Part shown: positions 27,300-41,437 of the stretch, one piece after another | Layout of the letters: the number at the start of each line of letters is the position of its first letter | Numbering within the stretch: position 1 is the stretch's first letter | Translations under genes and position numbers: made by a program | Origin: the human T2T-CHM13v2.0 reference genome, Homo sapiens | Reading direction: 5' to 3' (one strand) | Length of the DNA stretch: 64,000 nt | Assembly (NCBI RefSeq): GCF_009914755.1 | Contig: NC_060929.1 | Notes under the pieces: model-generated | Told to the model about the DNA's origin: nothing | Database searches by the model: none | The model's input: only the letters and a program-made list of their open reading frames with translations

Positions 27300-28900
27300 T
27301 TAAGGTAAAATTAACAATAAGATGCATGAGTCTTAAGTCTTTAGTTTGATGGGTTTTGACAATTGCATACACCTCTGTAACCCCCACCTCAAATATTTGT
27401 ATTACCCCAGAGACCTCCAAGTTTGTTCTAAGTCATCTCTCCTATTCCCCAGAAATGACAATATTTTCACTTTTGTAGATGGTTTTGCCTATTCTTGTAC
27501 TCCTGAATAATAATATATATTATTAATCATATATAATTATATTGTATATATTTATGTATATTATAATATATACAGTGGGAGGCTTCTTTTGTTTAACATA
27601 ATTGTTTTGAGATTCATTCATTTTTGCAATGATCTCTGTTGTGCTTTTTATCGCTGAATAGCATCCTATTCTATGAATGTATGGCTATATCCTGATTTTT
27701 AATAATTCATTCTCCTTTGGTAAACACTTGGGTTATTTCCAGTTTGGGCTACTATGCATAAAACTACGATCAACATTCTTACCTATTATTTTTTATTTTG
27801 TCATTGGTTTTTATTTCTCGCAAGTAAAAGTCTACCCTAGAATTGCGGGGTCATAGGGTGCATGCGTGTTTAACTATGTGAGAACTTGACAAACAGTGCT
27901 GGAAACATTATATCTCGTTACACTTTCACTGAGGATGTACCAGCCTACCAGGTGCTCCGCTTCCTCACCAACACATGTGCTCTCAGTCTTTTTGGTCATT
28001 TCAGTGAGTGTGAAATAATATCTCATTGAAATTTTAATCTTCATTTCCTTGATGACCAAGGATATGAAATGTCTCTTCATGTGCTTATTGGCCATTATTA
28101 TGTGAAGTGCCTGTTTAATTAAATCTTTTGATCAATTTTAAAAATTAAATTGTCTGTCTTTTTATTACCAAACTTGCAAAATTTTTATCTATACAAATCA
28201 GATGCATATGCTACATTTTTATACAACTTATGATACATTGGTTAGCAAAAAAGTTAATTTTTATGAAGTCAAAGTAGTCGGTTATATTTTTTGTGGGGCC
28301 TGATTTTTGTGTCCTTTCCTAGAAATCTTTGTCTACCTCAAGTTTATAAAAGTATTCTATTATGTTTTCTCCTAGAAACATTATGATTTTTGACTTCACA
28401 TTGAAGTCTATGTCTGGTCTTGGATTAATTTTTGTGTATGCAGTGAGATGAGGTCCAAGTGTATTTTTCATCCAGCTGGCTTTTTATTGTTCTGGTGGGA
28501 TTTGTTAAAAATACATTTCTCCTCCATTGGAATTGACTTGGCATCTCAGACAAAAATCACTTGGTAGCATTTCTGAGTCTGTTTCTGTTCTCCCTCATCT
28601 GTTCTGTTGCCCTCTCTGCCTATCTTTATCTCAATATCAGCTCATCCAGAAGCTTTATAATAGGTCTTGCAATTTGCATTAGTCCTTCAAATTTGTTCTT
28701 CTCTTTAAAGATTGTTTTCACTACACTATGTTCTTTCTTTTTCCAAATAGATTTTAAAAGCAGCTTATCTATTCCTTAAAAAAATGCTTCTGGGATTTTG
28801 ATAGTGTTTGCACTGAAGCTATAGATCAGTTCAAGAATTAACATCTTTACAACTTTGAGGCTTTTGTTCCAAGAAAAGTATATCTTTCTCTATCTTTGTT
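27300..28900 (-). mobile_element. Old L1M 3' UTR / ORF2-end fragment
   Basis: GTTTTGACAATTGCATACACC...TTTTGAGATTCATTCAT...TTCATGTGCTTATTGGCCATT. The ORF 27874..28095 (ANKHMKR...ISLVIKEMKIK..MRYYFT) resembles the L1 ORF2 C-terminus. Confidence 0.8.
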
Positions 28901-29824
28901 CTATTCATTTAACCTTATTTTTAGATATCCATATTTTCTTCCTAACTAAAGAAGACTTTTAATGTATCATTATAAACTTTTGATAGTTTTTTTTTGCCTA
29001 TTCCATCTTCATATTGTTATAAATGTTATAATTTTAGTTCTGGGTGAATATACATTTATCCCTCTCTTTTTCATTTGTTTTTATTTTTTATGTAAAAACT
29101 TCTACTAACTTCTCTGGTCTCCCTTATTTTTCAAATCTCTTGCAGAAACTCTCTTGGACTTGTATTTTTTGGTCTTCCTCCAAGAATGTTTTCAAGATTG
29201 ATTTTCCTATAATTAGTCTTCTAAGGTTTTGTGTGTCTGAAAATATTTGTAATTTGCTTTCAGATTTTAAATAAAAATTTGACTGAATGCATAACTTTAG
29301 GTTCAAAGATTTTTTTTCCGCCTTCCTTAGTTTAAAATCATTATTCTTGGATCCAGTGTTGCTGTTGAGAATTCTGATGACAAACTTCCCCGTGCTCCTT
29401 GTTCTTGCTAGGTGATCTGCCGTCTTTCTCTGGAAGCCGTCGGGATATCCTCTGACCCCCTGGAGCACTCACATTTTCCCGTCATGTGCCAGGAGTGGGT
29501 TTGGTCTTCTCTGACCTTCTCTGTTCTCTCTACACCCTTGCAACCTCACATCTTTCATTTATATTTTGAATAATTTTCCCATGACCTTTTCTCTCCTGTG
29601 GGACTTCTGCTAAGTGAATATGGACATGTCTCATTTTATCCTCCTGACCTCATAATTTTCCTTCCATGTCTCTATTATTCTTATCCTTTTCTGATGCCCT
29701 CTGGTAGGTTCACAAACAAGCTTTTTGCCTTGCTTGCATCTATTCGGCATACTCGCTCATCTGTTGTCTGCCTTATTTCAACCACTATGGTTTTCAGTGT
29801 TTCAGTATTTCAATATTTCTTTTT

Positions 29825-29990
29825 AGTCTGGAGGCAGACTACTTGAATTCCAGTCCAGCTTTGCTCCTTTCCAGTTCTGTGGTCTAAAGCAAATTACTTA
29901 ATTTCCCTGTGCCCTTGTTTTCCAATCCTGAAAATGGGCATTATAAGAGCAACTAGCTCTTAAACCCATTGGAGGATTGGCGGAGTTACT
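29825..29990 (+). mobile_element. MIR
   Basis: TCTGGAGGCAGACT...GCAAATTACTTAATTTCCCTGTGCC...AAAATGGG...GAGGATT. Confidence 0.7.
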
Positions 29991-30499
29991 ATTACATACG
30001 TCTCTCTACAGTGGAAAGACCCATCTCCGGGAAGGTAGGTGCATGTGTTGATCATGACCACCTTTAAAGGCCATTTCTCAGGCATATTTTAAATCACCCG
30101 TCTGTATCAACAGCCCCCTTCAGGTTCTGCACATGCCTGGGTCCCTGTGGGCAGTCACGTGACGGTTGTGTTTCAAGGTCTGTCACGGTCACCTAGAAAC
30201 CTGTGCCTGGGGCATCCATGGCTCTGTTTGGTGATGTGTGTTGGGGACATGCTGCTCTGCGCAAAGAAGGGAGAGATGAGCTTCAGAACTGAGAGCCCAG
30301 GGGTTCGAAAACCCCTAAAGACCTCTCTCCAGCCCTGTAATTGCAATAAGCCTTGGCTCCTCCAGGTTTTTCTCACAGCTTCATGTGGCTCCTCACATCC
30401 AGGCCTCTGTGTTTCTCAGTTTGCGATTGGTTCCAGGGGTGGAGCCTAGACCTTGCCAGAACCAAAAGGCCCAGATAAAGCTGTTTTCTGTGCATTGTT

Positions 30500-30715
30500 A
30501 TCTCTCTCTCTCTTTCTCTTCCTCTCACTCTCTCCTCCTCCCTTCTCCCTCTCTCACTTCCTTCCTTGCTCCCTCCCTTCCTCTCACCCTCCTGTCCTCC
30601 CTTTTTTCCTTCCTTTTATTTGTCCCTCCTGGTTCTTTTCTCCCTACTTTTCTTCCTTATCTCCTTCCTTCCTTCTTTTTTCCTTTCTTCCTATATTTCT
30701 TTCCTCTTTTTCCCA
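30500..30715. repeat. CT-rich low-complexity tract
   Basis: About 215 bp of nearly pure pyrimidine. Confidence 0.85.
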
Positions 30716-30752
30716 CTGGGTTTCTGTTCCAAACTTCGTGTTTCCAATATTA

Positions 30753-30884
30753 GAAAACAACACATTCATTTCCCATTCTCTTGCACACTTCCGGGGGAAA
30801 ACAACACATTCATTTCCCATTCTCTTGCACACTTCTGGGGGAAAACAACACATGCATTTCCCATTCTTTTGCACACTTCCAGGG
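30753..30884. repeat. Minisatellite, 3 x 44 bp
   Basis: GAAAACAACACATTCATTTCCCATTCTCTTGCACACTTCCGGGG starts at 30753, 30797 and 30841, with 1-3 mismatches per copy. Confidence 0.97.
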
Positions 30885-31965
30885 CCGGCTTCAGTCATGT
30901 GCATGCACTGTGACGGAGGAGTCTGTGGCAAAATGTGCAGTGCGGTCCCACTATTTCTGTCACCATATATTTACATTTCACTCCCATTGCTTTAAAATTC
31001 TGTAAAATAAGGGGAAGTTTTAAAGAGCAAAAAAGTCAAGAACCCCTATGATGCTATTAAATAGAGAAAGAGAATAATTCCATCAGATGTATGTAAAAGA
31101 TGTCATCAGAACCTTCCCACATTTAGATGTGGGGTGCGTGCATCCCAGCCTTTGCCCAGGTGATGCCAGAGATAAAAGTCCAAGAACAGAGTGATGATGC
31201 TTGAATTGATTATTTTCAATGTATAGTTCATCTGTATTTTATGACAGAAAAACACTGCATTGAATTTGTGTCTATACACATTTTTCACGTTCTAATAATT
31301 TCTGGTTTTTCCATTGATTGCATATTCACAAAATATTCTGTTTCATAGATTGGAATGCAACTACAATGTCTGTCCCAGACTTGCTCACACACTCATTAGG
31401 AGAGATGCCAGTGCCTGAGATCCATGTATGCTTATCTCTAACAGGCTCAGAGGTAGAAAAGTCAATTTTGGAAAATTAGAGGTGCACTAGCCTCACCCAG
31501 TGAAGACTCGCTGGAGTCAACATTTCCATCTTGACTAAGGGTGGGGAGAGACCATTGTTGCCAGGTGGTAAAGGACCTCTGCAGAGCCCTGCAGATCAAC
31601 TCAGCTTTGATCTCATCCAGTTGATTCTTGGAATTTTAAAATCTGAAAATATAAACCAGTACCCTTCACAGAAAAGTGTTTTAGTACATTTTAAAACCCT
31701 GCATTAAATATAAGCTGAACCTCGTTTTCTAGCAAAGACAAGATAGGATGAGTCCCTGAAATTCATGGGTTCTGCTGAGCTCACTGCTCTGGTCCTGTTC
31801 TACGGACAGGATCATTACCCTGCATTCACGTGCACTGTGCTTAAAAGGTTGGATCCTCTGCGCCACAATGCACTTTCTCTTGAAGCAAAGCCCTTTGGAA
31901 ATTAATTCAGACTTTCAGACTCAACTTACAAATCAGTTATGAAAGTTTAAAATGAGCAAAAGCTA

Positions 31966-32288
<323 letters not shown>

Positions 32289-34849
32289 TTAGATTAAAAA
32301 AAAGTTATATATGTATATATTTTTATATATTACATGTGTATATATTATATATGTGTATATTATATAATTATATATATATATTATGTATTGTATATAGATG
32401 TCTGCTACACAATTTGAGAAGCTGTAGGGAATTGGATCTCAGAAATGAAACTACAATTAACCTCAAAGGAAAGAAGTCCAGAACCAATAATTCCTGAAAA
32501 GTTAAAGCTGAGGTTGTATAAATACATTTTAAAAAATCTTATTAAAATACACGATTGCTTTCTTTCTATTTTTTTTTGTAGCACCTCTGAGCAAATAATT
32601 TAAATTATATTAACGTGGAAACGTGTGATGAAGAAAGGGTATTTATGAATGGCAGCCGTAACTACACTTCTGTCTATTAAATAATGAATTCTAAATAAAA
32701 TTGAAAAAGACATAATAACGCCCATAAACATAATTTCATGAAACATATGAGTACAACGCAGAATGTTATAGGCAAACAGGCAGTCTTCACGTGCCAGCAG
32801 AGCTCCTAAGCCAGTGCTGTTGTAATTAGTTGCTCTTGGTAGCACAGTCTGCAGCTCCCTTTAAAACTCCCCCATGCGCAGGCAGCACACCCAGATTCGA
32901 AACTAGGCTCTGCTCCTCACGTAGTGTTTGTGCCTTTTGTTGTGGCTCTGTGTTTAGCTCAGTACACTTTTTTGTTTTCTGGCTGACTCAGGAAAGCAGG
33001 ACAAGTTTAGTTTTTGACAGTGTCTTTTTGCACCTTGTGGGGTGGATTGTCTGCAAGAGCCTCTTCACTCAGTCTCTGCTTTTGACTTTTTCCTTTGTGA
33101 TTCCAAAACAAGGCTTGTGAAAAGCACTTACTCAGAGATTTCAGGCTTGGGTTAGCCTCGGACGCATGCAAATAGCTTAAAATGCTGAAATATTCAAATA
33201 AATTCCGCAGAAGCATGGCTGCAGCACAGTGGCTGAGGCGACTCTGATATGTAGGATCTGCAAAGCTCACGGCTTGAGAACTGTCATTAAGCCTGGAATA
33301 TTCTCAGCCAGCACAGCTTTCATATTACATATTTACAGCATGCAGTAAACCTCTGCTTTGCTTTCAGAGCTGGTGGGAGGAATGAAAAATACACATAAAT
33401 GGAGCGAATCTGTGCCAAGGCAGTGGGTCAGGTGTAGCTTACCTCGTCTCATCAGGAAGAAGTGGGGTACATTCATTCCCGGCCCCCTCCTGTCTTTCCT
33501 CATGAGTTTAAAGAGATTTCTAAAATCGAGTCGCCAACATGGAGTGAACTTCATTGCTGATACTAGTGCGACCTTGCAAGGTAATTAGCACGCTTCCTGC
33601 ATGTCCGAAGGGGGTACAGAGGGGGTCTGTCATCTTTCAAGCATTGAAATATCTCTTTTTTGTTGAGGAAAATTTTAATGAAAGGTGCCATTAAAATGGA
33701 AGTCTTTTGTTCATGTTTAGAATGACTCAGTGTGGGGCCTCTCCTCACACATTTGAATGCCACCCTCCAGAGAGCACAGCCAGGAAGGTTCCAGGGAGCT
33801 AAAAGCTGGTGACCATTGATTCCTTCCCTTCTCCACAGGGACTAAGATGGGACAAGAGACAGTGCGAAGAGATGCATTAGATGCATTATGGAATTCTTTG
33901 AGGTGGAAAACGGGCTTCCTAGATGCTGAGCCCAAATCAGGAAATCATTTTTTGGGAGTGATCAAATAGGTGGAGGCATGGGGCAGCATCAGCGTCCAAT
34001 GCCAAACCCAGAGTTGGGGAACTCTGCCTTCCATTGCTGGGTAAAGCTCTTCCTCTTCACTACGATTTCAATTCATGCTCTCTCCACAGAAGCATAAGTG
34101 TCCTCCGCTAGGTTCATTGATCATAAAGTTGATTTCCAGAGGAAGAACGTCTAACATGGGACACTAGAGAGATGCATGACCCAATGATTCAAGTAGAGGG
34201 ACGCCTAAGTAGGGGAGTGAAAACGTCCTTACTATACAAAGTGATGGCAGAATTGTGAGCCTGAGCTATGGGTCTCACGTTTTATGAACTGAATCTCATA
34301 CTGTGTTCTTTATTCAGTAAATTATGATATTTGATTATTTAAATACGTGTCTAAACCACTTGATTCTACATTTTAAAATTACTTATATTATTATGGCTAG
34401 TCTATGCACTTGTCAGACTATCTGCTAGGGTGAATCTAGTATTATCACTGAATACACACAATATTTGAATCTACTGTAGACCATAATTGGCAAGAAAATG
34501 AAATAGTCTTCCAAACTAATAGGTATAAATCTCACACTCAAATTTATGGTTTTGGTCATCTAAAAAACATGAAAAGTAAAGACGATATTCCATGCCCAGT
34601 GGAGAGGACCACTTGCCCTTGTACACCTTAGCTCATAGCGAGTGTGCTGTGTACTCTTGGCAGGTGACCTGTGATGGGCTGCCCTGATTGACTTCCACAG
34701 GCAGACACTTAGAGAGCAGACATGTTACCCTGTCCTGGGATGCACCAATGAGCAGGTATGAAGTTTTGATGACAATCCATTCTCCCCTCAAGATTTCATT
34801 CTTGGACTAGGGGTGTCTCTGTTTGATGTCACCATGGTGTCAAGCTGAG

Positions 34850-34985
34850 AGCACTGCTGTTGGGACAGATTGGGTTTGAGTTCTGGCTCTTCCACTCACT
34901 AGCTGCATGAATCTTTGGGCCTCAGTTTTCTCATCTGTAAAACTGGAATAGCTATCTATCATACAGGCTTATTTTGAGAATTCAG
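34850..34985 (+). mobile_element. MIR
   Basis: GGGTTTGAGTTCTGGCTCTTCCACTCACTAGCTG...GGGCCTCAGTTTTCTCATCTGTAAAA. Confidence 0.8.
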
Positions 34986-35210
34986 GGCCTCAGTAATTGG
35001 GAAGAACTTTGAGGATTATCTGGAACATAGAGGATGTTATGTGAGCAGCTGATAAAATAAAACATACCTAAGATCTGTTACAGCTTGCTACGAAGCAGTG
35101 GTCAAGAGAGAGTAATGGTAGCAATCTGTATTTTGGAGTTCTAGGGAATTATGTCAGAATATGAATTCAAGATGAAGGCAAACACTCTGTTCCAGCAAAC
35201 CTTCCACACC

Positions 35211-35688
35211 TATCATGGTTGATTAAAGGTGTCCACTTGGCTGGGTTAAGGGACCCACAGATAGCCAGCAAAACATTATTTCTGGGTATGTCTGTGAGAC
35301 TATTTCTCAAAGAGACTGGCACTTGAATCACTGGACTGAGTAAGAAAATTTCACCTTTCCTCTATGTGGACAGGCTCCATCCAATCAGCTGAGAGCCTGC
35401 ATACAAAGAAAAGGCAGAGGACAGGCAAATTTGCTCTCTGTTTCCTGGAGCTGGGACACCTGGAGTTCTGATGTTCTCCTGCCCTTGAACATAAGAACTC
35501 CAGGTTCTCAGGTCTTTGGATTTAAACCAGACACACTGCTGGCTTCCCTGGTCCTCCAGCTACCATAGAGCATATTTTGGGGCTCTTTAGCACCTATAAT
35601 CACATGAGCCAACTCCCTTAGTAAATATCCTCTTCCATTTCTCTATGTACCTATTTATCCATCCATCAGTCCATTCATCTATCTATTT

Positions 35689-35736
<48 letters not shown>

Positions 35737-36003
35737 CCTATCATCTATCTATCCATCCATGCATCTATCCATTTATCCATGCATCTATCTATTTTCTATC
35801 TATCCATTCATTCATCTATCTAGCCATCTATCTGTGAATCTATTGTCTATCTATTTATCTATCATTTATCTATCTATTCAGGCTCCCATCTATTTATTCA
35901 TCTATCCATCTATCTACCCATCATCCATGCATCTATCTATTTTCTATCTATCCATCCATTCATTCATCTAGCCATCCATCCATCCATCCATGGATCTATT
36001 TGA

Positions 36004-36047
<44 letters not shown>

Positions 36048-36271
36048 CATCCATCCATTCATCTATGCACCCATCCATCTATTTATCTATCCATCAATCC
36101 ATCCATGCATCTATCTATTTTCTTCCTTCCTTTCTTCTTTCTTTCTTTCATCAATCAATCATCAAACAATCTATCCATTCATCCATCCATGCATCTATGT
36201 ATCCATTCATCCATGTGTCTATTCTCTATCTACCCATCCATTCATCCATCTAGCCACCCATCCATTCATAA

Positions 36272-36325
<54 letters not shown>

Positions 36326-36386
36326 ATCTATCTATCCATCCATCCATCCTATTGGCTCTGTGTCTCTGGAGAACCCTGATAATACA
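35211..36386 (+). mobile_element. MLT2 (ERVL) solo LTR with an expanded internal microsatellite
   Basis: 5' TATCATGGTT...GTGTCCACTTGGCTGGGTTAAGGGA...AAAACATTATTTCTGGGT and 3' CCTATTGGCTCTGTGTCTCTGGAGAACCCTGATAATACA, with CACC on both flanks. Confidence 0.85.
35640..36347. repeat. Compound (TCTA)n/(TCCA)n tetranucleotide array
   Basis: Three pure TCTA runs (about 12 at 35689, 10 at 36006, 11 at 36280) in a TCCA/TCTA matrix. Confidence 0.95.
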
Positions 36387-37759
36387 CACCTCAGTGTTCT
36401 CCTCCCCTGGGGCACAGTTTGGTATCTATCAATGAACAAAGCCTAGCTTCATTATTTGCTTGTCCTTATGTTTGTCTTACTTTTTCACACACCTTCAAGT
36501 CAGACAGGATGCTTTTTAAATTGATTGTGAGCCCCTTAGGTGGTTTTTCACAGAATAGCAGACCTCACAGGTAGAAGTGTGTGAAGTGTGATGCCCAGAG
36601 TGGGGCACCTTGGCCCATGTAACTTGCTAGGACAAGTAACAAAATTCAAGGATTCTTGAGGACAGGGAGAGTGTTGGCATTAGTAAGTTGATCACTTTTG
36701 TATGATTCAGAATGAACCAGAATGCCTTCCATATCCCCTGGGATATTCTGTGTGAAGTGGTCCAGGTACTGGGAGCTGGAAGATAATGCCTTTCCCTAGA
36801 GTCCAGTATGCTGCAAGCAGGTGTGGGTCTATCAGTCTCAACTTGGTTCTTCTTCGAAGAAATGGAAGACTCTAGAACATTGGTAAGGACATCAATTTTT
36901 TTATGGAAAACAACATAAAACAAAACAAAACAAAAACACAAAGCACGGTTAAGGGAGAGTCCTTTTGTTCGTACTTGAAGGAATTTTCACTACTTCTTAG
37001 TCTGTGGTTTTCTAGTAAGTGATGGAAGAGCCAGTGGCTGCTGCAGCTCCTTCTCAGGATAGTGGGGTGATAAGATAGTGACGTGGAGTTGCCTGGCGAT
37101 GACTCATTCTCCTTCCCTCCACCCACATTTTAGATGTGAGGACACTAAGTTCTATTGGTGCTTGAAGATTGAGCATTTTACTATTAAATATCCCACTTCT
37201 CTTCAGAGTATCACAAGCATTACCCTATACCTATGGTCAGGAAATACTGTCAGGAAGCCTTCATATTTCAAATGACTTCCATTCCCATCTATGATATTTG
37301 GGGGTTTAAGATCATAGTGAAGATGTTGTTTACAAATTAAGACTGCTTTTGTCAACAGCATAAAGTAGGAAGGTTTAATCAGAACGTTAGACTACTCCCA
37401 AGTTCAAATTCATCTCTGTAAATGTGCCAACATTGAGAGATGTGCATGAGAAGAGTGAAGTCTGAGATAGACTTACAAGTAATATTTTTCAACTTAGGAA
37501 TCTCATTTTATTTATTTATTTATTTTGAGAAAAAGAATTTGAGGTAGAGGTAGAGAAGATTGGAAAAGGACCTCTCACAAGAAGCTGGTGGGAGGCAGGC
37601 TCCTCTGATCCCTAACCTGGGATAGAAAGACAGAGATCCCAGGGAACTTACTCAACACTCCACCAAGCCATTCTAAAGGGGGACCACTTTTACTCGAAAT
37701 CTGCAGAGGAGCCCTTGCTGGCTGACTATTCTGACTGTGTCCTTGAAGATCACTTAGAC

Positions 37760-38270
37760 CCAACAGAGTTCAGAACCTGCTACTCACAAATAGGAGAGCT
37801 TGAAGTGTTGAATACTTTAAGCTGAAGTGATTTGAGAAGAGCAGGTGTGGTAGCATTCTCTGACCTCCTCCTTCTCCCCTGAGAAAAGATACAGCCCCTC
37901 ATGGGAGAGATGCTTTCCCTGTACTAAGAGGGAAGGAGCATCCTTATCTCAGGAGACAGAGGGTCTCCTGGAGGAATCCTAGTGAGCAGGCCTTGCTAGG
38001 CTTCCCCATGGACTCCCCCAGTGCATACCCTTTGTCTTACCACGTCTTTCCTCAACTTTCCACTTTTCATGAAACCTGGTATGAAAACCTCAAGTTTAAT
38101 GGTGCCTTTGGGTCTTTGTTTCCTTATGAAGGCTTCTGTGTCATGTAAAAATTATATTAAATGAATGTGTGCTTTTCTGTTGTTAATCTATCTTCTGTTA
38201 GTCTAATCTACAGGGCTTCAGCTGGAGAACCTAGGAGGATGGTAGGAAAAATAATTTTTTGCACTCTACA
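37760..38270 (+). mobile_element. MER39/MER34-like ERV1 solo LTR
   Basis: GAGTTCAGAA...TACTTTAAGCTGAAG...CATCCTTATCTC...CAGGCCTTGCTA...GAAGGCTTCTGTGTCATGTAAAA...TGTTAATCT...CTCTACA. Confidence 0.7.
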
Positions 38271-39907
38271 AATGACATTGTCATATCAGTGACTCAGACC
38301 ACATGGGTGTATATGACTTAGAAGAGTAGAGACCTTCCCTTCTGCAAGGACCAGGAGGAGACAGCATGGGTCCTTGTCTTTTCCATCTGCTTGCCATTAT
38401 TCTAAGGGAAATAGGAATAGGGGGAAAAGGAAAGCATTCTCCAAAGAAGTGTCTGCATCATCCTTTTGTGCTCACTTGGAGCTCCAAGTGAGTTGTCTGT
38501 TAACTGTTTGCATTGTAAGATCCTTAATTCAAACTTTTGAAGTTCTAATCCAAAATATCATAATGTGTGTTTATATTGTCGTAGGGTTCATACACATTTT
38601 TTAGTCATTTTTGAAAATATTGGAACTGACATATTCGAAGTATTACATCTTTCAGTATAATACTTTGGAAGAATTTAGAGGTCATAAATTATCCCTTACT
38701 CAAAGATAGCACAGGGTATGGGTCTCCAGGGACCTTCTAAAAATGGAGGAAAATCCAAGCGGTGCCACTTAGAAAGAAATTAAAACAAATAGAAGGGAAA
38801 CAGAGAAGCAGCGATCAAGCTCAAGGGGTCATGAGGGAGATGAGAAACAGCCCTGGCCTGGGAGACCAGAGGAGGCGGAGCCTGGGCTTGCTGCCTAGAC
38901 AGTGTGGGCCCAGGTCTTGCAGGAGAGTCCTTCCAGCCACGGAAAGGCACAGAGCTGGGAAGACTTTGTACGGAGGCAGAACCCCACATGCGGGGAGCTG
39001 CCCATGGAACTGGCACCAAAACTGCCCCGTGAGCATGCAGCAAGAATGTCAAGAGCGGCTTTTTAAAAAATTGAGTTTATGAAACTCCCCAGTGTGGTTA
39101 CCACATCAGTCAACAGACTTGGCTCTAAATGGCTTTTGCCATTTCCGAAAATCAAATGCAGCTTCTATCACAGAGGTTGCAAACCACTGAGGATACTGAC
39201 ATTACTTAATCTCATCAAATCCCAGCTGTTTCATCTGTAAAATATAACAACAACAATAAGAGCTAAGCCATGATATCAAAGCAAACAAACATGCAGAAAA
39301 CAAAAGACAATTCTCTAGTACTGGGTAAATAAATTGAGATTTGACTGTGCTTCTGACAATATCTGGCATGGGGTAGCCCCTCCCTGAATGTTTATTTTTT
39401 TTTTTTTCCTTTGCTATGCTGTGGACTCTGGAGAGGATTCTAAACTACACATTCTAGGAATGTTCTGAGCCACACCAATGTTAGTGGAAACAGGAGGTTG
39501 TGTAGCTGAGGGTGAGTGGTTACGGTGGCTCTTCCCCTCGTCCACCTGCCTCCCCATCCTGCTGTCTTTCCCATTCATCATGTTCTTTACACACATACAT
39601 GGACCAACTCAAGTGCAATTCCTGGAAGGGCTGCGTTAAATTAGTTAAATGAATTAAAGTAACTGCATTTAAAAAAATCAAGAAAAATGCAATTCCAGAA
39701 TTAAGCATTTGAGGCAAACTATTAAAAATCCAAAAGTGGGAAGGGAGTTTTACCTGCTGCTGCTTTGACTTACCATAAACATCATTTATTTTTATGTGGT
39801 GAAATTGAAGACTGCCAACTTTTTGGTTGCGAAGGTGAATAGACACAGAACAACACCTACGCATACGCTCATGAATTTGTAATGAGTATAAAAAACAAAT
39901 GTACTAA

Positions 39908-40277
<370 letters not shown>

Positions 40278-41437
40278 AAAGCTATGTTACTTAAAAAAAA
40301 AAAAGGGCAAACTTTTCCCTGTCATACCCTGCAGGAGATTAACAAACCCACTGCACAGTATTATGGCATTTCAAGAAGTGCAAAACATGCCATACTAAAT
40401 TTTATTTTTCAGATGTAGAAAACTAATTTAGGAATTGTTTTTATAACTACTTAACGACTCCCTCTGCCCGCCCTTGGGTGGACTTTATTGATCACACATT
40501 GCCATAAACTTCCCACATTGAGAAGTTGAACTTGACATTAAGGCACTTGCTCCCCAGCCTGTGATTCACAGCCCTGCAATGGTTGCTTCCAGGTGGTGGC
40601 TGGCTTGAGTCTTTCTAAGGACTCCACTGTAGGCTTGCTCTTTGGAACAATGTTCTCCTAAGAGTTCGTGTTTCCTACTTAGAGATTTTCCAGGTTATAT
40701 TCCATTAAGACTTCACTCTTATAATATTTTTAACTTTTCTATAAAGATGTGCAATAAACACAGGCGAGGTAATAGGAACAAGAGCTGTCAGGAAGCCAGG
40801 GCTCAGCATAATTTCTGAAAATATGAGCACTTGATGGAGATGAATGGTTCTACTTCCATATGGCTTATTGTTGCCTTTAGCCTCTAGTGTAATAGCAACT
40901 ATTAGGATTTTAATATATGGATTGAAAGGCTATTTGCTTCATATTTGATGAAATATTAATATTGCTCCTGAAATATGTTATAAATGCTGTGCTAATACGT
41001 CTTGATGAATTACATTATGTACAGGTTAGACTTAGCGGTTCCATTCTCACTTCAGAAAGTTATTACCGTATGTCATGGAAACACTTTAAATTTATGTTTA
41101 AAACCTGTAAAGTCTTCTACTTAAATATGTTATTAATTTTTAAAGTTCTGTTTTAGAATAACTATATATTTGTAACCAGAAGTGCAGTAAAAGAAATAAA
41201 TTTGTATCTGAATTGGAGCAGTTGCTAAACGAACCAGGAAAGAATTACTTAGAGGAGAGACCTTCTTTTTCTGAGTAGATCTTTGTTTGCAGCTCTGTTT
41301 AAGAGGACCACAAGAGGGATTTTTGCTTTTCACCTTCCAATGCATTTAGGGGAAACTTTTGCTTATGGATAATTTCTTGCTGAGGGCGGGGGGAGAGAGG
41401 AAAAATGCTGGTGGTTCAGCAAACAGAAAACAGAGAC

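Noticed and set aside
30753-30884. CRISPR-like direct repeats (also 2298-2540)
   Set aside because: The units are head-to-tail with no unique spacers, there are no cas genes, and the context is eukaryotic.
35645-36446. (IYLS)n ORFs
   Set aside because: These are translations of the TCTA microsatellite.
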